Shown one piece after another: positions 57,685 to 61,204 of a stretch of DNA of 61,204 nt. Made by a program: the position numbers and the translations under genes. How positions within the stretch are numbered: position 1 is the first letter of the stretch; every line of letters starts with the position of its first letter. The stretch is from Candidatus Pacearchaeota archaeon (GTDB taxonomy: Archaea > Nanobdellota > Nanobdellia > Pacearchaeales > GW2011-AR1): positions 3,420 to 64,623 of the forward strand of contig JAWCQN010000002.1 of NCBI GenBank assembly GCA_038869755.1, in the 5' to 3' direction. The notes beneath the pieces were generated by a model that worked only from the letters and a program-made list of their open reading frames with translations, had not been told where the DNA came from and searched no databases.

Positions 57685-60387
57685 TTACAATATAGTTTTC
57701 TTCGCATTTCTTTTTTCCATTTCTTTTCTTATCTTTCTTTTTTCATACCATGAGAATATGGGGATTTCCCACATTCCAAGCCTTTTTCCATAAAATTTGT
57801 TGAAGGCATAATTTATCTGTTCATTTTTCCATTTAGAAGTTTTTAATTGACTCTTTATTTCAGAATCTGTCATTCCCTGATTTTTTCCGTTTTTAATAAA
57901 AAACAAAACATTATACAAATCATTTTGATTTTTGAAAAGATAATATTGGTATTTTCTTTTATACCATTCCTGAAGTAGTATGTAAATTACTAATGTAAAA
58001 AAAATTACGATAAATGATCCTATCAGGAATTTTGTCCAAAATCCTCTTTCATTACTAACCTGCTCTTCTCTTATGACTATCTGGTTTAGGTGTGGAGAAA
58101 AATAAACGGGTATGGAGAATTCATCAATACCTTCTTCAACAAAAAATCTTATATTTTTCTCATTTGTTAAATCAAGTTTAATTCCTGTTAATCCTGCTCT
58201 GTCTGCAATCTCATATCTTTCAATAAAATTAATATCTTCTTTATCCAATAGTATCATCATATAGACAGGATAATCAAAATTTCGTTTCGGAGTTATTTTA
58301 TATTCAAATTCAGTTAGGAATTCTTCTTTTCTGTCATTATAAAAAACCGAATAGATTGAGTGTGTTAAGGTGACATCAAGATTTTCATTATACCATGAAA
58401 ATATGGCATTTGCATATTCATTTTCTTTACCTAAAATATAATAGTCATTGTACAATGATTTAATATATGCAACATTTATTCTTTCAATCTCTTGTATAAA
58501 AGGAAGAACTGATTTTTTGCTTGGTTTTATTTGTATTGGAACATCAAGTCCGGCAACTTTCTGCATAAGGGAGATATACTCTATAGAGGGTGTATTTGGA
58601 TTTTTTGAAAGCAAGTTAAATTCATCTTCTAATTCCCTAATATTGAAATTTAATTTATCAGGATCAAAACCCTGAGATTTTAATACATTTTGGTATTGTG
58701 AAGGAAGTTCTGTAAGTTCTTTTTTTACATTATTAATCCTTTCATCATATATTTTTAAGGTAGAATTTATTGCATCAATTGGTGAGATAACAGATATTTT
58801 AAAAGACGCACTATCTATGGTTTGTCCCGATTTAATTAAGTCTATTTTTAGTGTATAATTGCCAATTGAATTGTAAGTATGTATAATTTTGTTTGTTGTC
58901 GAATCTTGCACAGGGGTATTGTCCCCAAAATCCCATCTTAACGCCAATGAACCATTTAAACCCTGATTTTCTATAAAAGCAATAAATTCAGTTGGATTTG
59001 CAGCTGCAACAATTTTCGGATAAACCTGCTCCACTAACGATTCTCCTTCTGCTTTTATATTTATGGTTTTTTCAAATATTTTAACCCCATTTGAGATTAA
59101 TTTAAATGAATACTTTCCTGATTTATCCGGAACATTTATATTAAGATTTCCGATATCCAATAAATTATATCCAGAGTTTATTAATGCAGATGTTTTTGAT
59201 AGAAGATAGAGGTTGTTTTCTTCAACTCCACTACTTCCTTCAAATGAATATCTGACTGAATGCTGGCTTAAGTCTATCTGCTGGTTTATACCAGAAAAGC
59301 TTATAGGTATGATGCATCCTTCTTGCGGACATACTCCTTTATATTTGTCATTTATATAATCATTAAATTTTCCAATTAGGGATTCTTGGGTTGATGAATA
59401 GAATGTTGATTCATTGAGCTTTATTGATCCTACGGGTGCAAATTTTTTTGCCGAAACCATAATGTTATAATCTGCTGAAAAAGAGTTTACCTGAGAAGGA
59501 TCCCCTAAAAATCCACATTTCTCTCCAGTTGATCTTGCCTGTATCTGGTATCCTTGGTTACTTGAACCTTCTTTTAGTGAGATACATGCATAATAATCTC
59601 CTGATTCTTTTGGAAGATGGTTTATTCTGCATGAGACAAAACTTCCTGATGAAGAAGGTTTTGGAAGGTTACACGAGCCAACAAATTGCTTTTCAGTATT
59701 ATATAGTGAGGCCTTTAATAAATCGCTTGAATAACTTGACTGGCCATCATATTTTAGAAAAGCTTTAACTTCAAATGCAGGATATTTTCCGAGATAGATT
59801 TTTTCACAATATGGAACTTGTTCAATTAAAAACCATGACGGAAAATTTCCAGACCCGTAACAGTTTGACTTTGTATCTGAAATACATGTTTCATCAGAGA
59901 ATTTATTATTTCCCCAATCAATTATTCCATCGCTAATAATATCTATACTTAACTGTTGTTGGCACGATGCTCCTGCATTGCTGTTTATAGTTATTGAGAA
60001 ATCTTTTATTTCAACATTATTTCCGTTAATAGCAGAGCCTGTGATTTTAGTATTAGTCAATGAAAAGGATTTGGTTGTTCCTCCATTATCCTCTTTTTTA
60101 AAATCTTCCTTACAATCTTTCGGAGTGCATGTATAGTTGGCTCCTGAATTATTTTTTATTAAATCCATCAATAAAACATTTCCATGTGAAATGTTTTCGA
60201 ATCTAAAATCAAAAAAAGTGTTGACGGGCTCATTGCTTATACTTAAATTTATTTTGCCCTCAATTTTTTCATTTATAAAATAATTATCTTTAACACTTGA
60301 ATGGTTTCCAACTTGAATTATGGCAGCGACTAAGGAAAAGGAAAAAAAGAATACTAATATAAAAATTATTGCTTTATTTTTCATCAC
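57685..60387 (-). CDS. 900-aa type I membrane surface protein with PKD-like domain
   Basis: N-terminal signal peptide, WDFGDNTPV..HTYNSIGNYTLKI (PKD signature), a TM helix FLIGSFIVIFFTLVIYILL, and a 95-aa cytoplasmic tail. Confidence 0.75.
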   Translation of the reverse strand: MMKNKAIIFILVFFFSFSLVAAIIQVGNHSSVKDNYFINEKIEGKINLSISNEPVNTFFDFRFENISHGNVLLMDLIKNNSGANYTCTPKDCKEDFKKEDNGGTTKSFSLTNTKITGSAINGNNVEIKDFSITINSNAGASCQQQLSIDIISDGIIDWGNNKFSDETCISDTKSNCYGSGNFPSWFLIEQVPYCEKIYLGKYPAFEVKAFLKYDGQSSYSSDLLKASLYNTEKQFVGSCNLPKPSSSGSFVSCRINHLPKESGDYYACISLKEGSSNQGYQIQARSTGEKCGFLGDPSQVNSFSADYNIMVSAKKFAPVGSIKLNESTFYSSTQESLIGKFNDYINDKYKGVCPQEGCIIPISFSGINQQIDLSQHSVRYSFEGSSGVEENNLYLLSKTSALINSGYNLLDIGNLNINVPDKSGKYSFKLISNGVKIFEKTINIKAEGESLVEQVYPKIVAAANPTEFIAFIENQGLNGSLALRWDFGDNTPVQDSTTNKIIHTYNSIGNYTLKIDLIKSGQTIDSASFKISVISPIDAINSTLKIYDERINNVKKELTELPSQYQNVLKSQGFDPDKLNFNIRELEDEFNLLSKNPNTPSIEYISLMQKVAGLDVPIQIKPSKKSVLPFIQEIERINVAYIKSLYNDYYILGKENEYANAIFSWYNENLDVTLTHSIYSVFYNDRKEEFLTEFEYKITPKRNFDYPVYMMILLDKEDINFIERYEIADRAGLTGIKLDLTNEKNIRFFVEEGIDEFSIPVYFSPHLNQIVIREEQVSNERGFWTKFLIGSFIVIFFTLVIYILLQEWYKRKYQYYLFKNQNDLYNVLFFIKNGKNQGMTDSEIKSQLKTSKWKNEQINYAFNKFYGKRLGMWEIPIFSWYEKRKIRKEMEKRNAKKTIL

Positions 60388-61204
60388 ACTTCTTTTTTTG
60401 TTTATTATATATGAGATATATTAAAAATATGAACAAAGAGGCAATTATGAGGTTTAATATATTAAAAAAAGGGACTTTTGCAATTAACTGACAATTGTAT
60501 AGTCTAGAACCTGAAACACACCCATTTTCAGGTGACTCTCCTCCTGTTGGACTATTCCAGTTTGCAATCCATGATTCTGTTGCAGTGTTATCGAGATTAC
60601 ACGAACTTGTGACAATATTTGATATAAAACACTGTCCTCCTCCAGAAGTAATTTCCACTTTTTCAAGGCATTTATTATTATATGTAGAATAAAAACAGCT
60701 GCACTTTACCTGAGAAATTGGATTTGTGCAGAAGTCATATGGCCAGCCATTTTTTTCAGCTATTACTCTATTGTGGTCTTCAATTTTTTTCAATATCTGA
60801 TTATTCCACGAGGTTGGATTTTCACAATTTTCCTTATCTCCATCAAATTTGCTACATGTATAATTTATTTTTATAGGAACGCACTGGCTGACATTATAAT
60901 TACAATCATTTCCACATTTTAGATTTCCTCCTGCAAATCCAAATGTTTTACAGTCTACTTGATCCCTGAATATAGGGTTTCCATTTACAATGTCACATTG
61001 TTCAAGTAGACTATTTAATTGACCATTTCCACAGCTACATATTGGAGATATTTTTCTGAAATTTATCCCATCACTTGACTCATAAACTTCATAGTTATAC
61101 CAGACAACTATTTTATACCTAAGCCAGTCGAAATATCCTGCTGTAGGAATTCTATTTTGTGGTGGCAATCCAGTTGGGTAAATTCTATTTATTTGATTAG
61201 TAGG
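60374..61204 (-). CDS. Cys-rich surface protein with C-terminal TM anchor (5' end beyond window)
   Basis: The frame stays open to the window edge. More than 25 Cys residues and the C-terminal LNLIIASLFIFLIYLIY anchor. A 14-nt overlap with the downstream 900-aa gene. Confidence 0.65.
   Translation of the reverse strand, partial: PTNQINRIYPTGLPPQNRIPTAGYFDWLRYKIVVWYNYEVYESSDGINFRKISPICSCGNGQLNSLLEQCDIVNGNPIFRDQVDCKTFGFAGGNLKCGNDCNYNVSQCVPIKINYTCSKFDGDKENCENPTSWNNQILKKIEDHNRVIAEKNGWPYDFCTNPISQVKCSCFYSTYNNKCLEKVEITSGGGQCFISNIVTSSCNLDNTATESWIANWNSPTGGESPENGCVSGSRLYNCQLIAKVPFFNILNLIIASLFIFLIYLIYNKQKKKCDEK

Overview
This is a visibly AT-rich archaeal chromosome segment. Archaeal origin is supported by a 16S/tRNA-Ala/23S locus with flanking processing stems, an intron-containing tRNA-Lys and an archaeal-type RNase P RNA. 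The protein set agrees: RadB, TFS, RpoK, Cdc48, the exosome-proteasome-Pop5 superoperon, aCPSF1, archaeal RNase J, a class I CCA-adding enzyme and Mre11/Rad50. Small gene sizes, leaderless-looking starts and large Cys-rich surface proteins suggest a reduced, DPANN-like lineage; this is inference, since no database search was possible.

Most of the window is housekeeping. The observations most worth a second look are:
1. A bacterial-type sigma-70 homologue translationally coupled (TAATG) to a SET-domain methyltransferase, at the end of a co-directional gene run (MiaB-like, U32, hypothetical, ferredoxin).
2. An IS6-like element whose inverted repeats and 9-bp direct repeats enclose a complete restriction-modification module. 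Its endonuclease is frameshifted.
3. A 633-aa secreted protein with an internal duplication, inserted into the conserved rps2-eno-rpoK cluster.
4. An rRNA locus with a 1.4-kb tRNA-Ala-to-23S gap that carries a protein ORF.
5. A GC-rich ~55-nt repeat placed directly after the stop codons of two unrelated genes.
6. A PD-(D/E)xK-like gene interrupted by a single in-frame TAA.

No CRISPR array, reverse transcriptase/DGR or rRNA intron was seen. All family calls rest on motif recognition by eye. RNA boundaries are approximate (about +/-10-30 nt).
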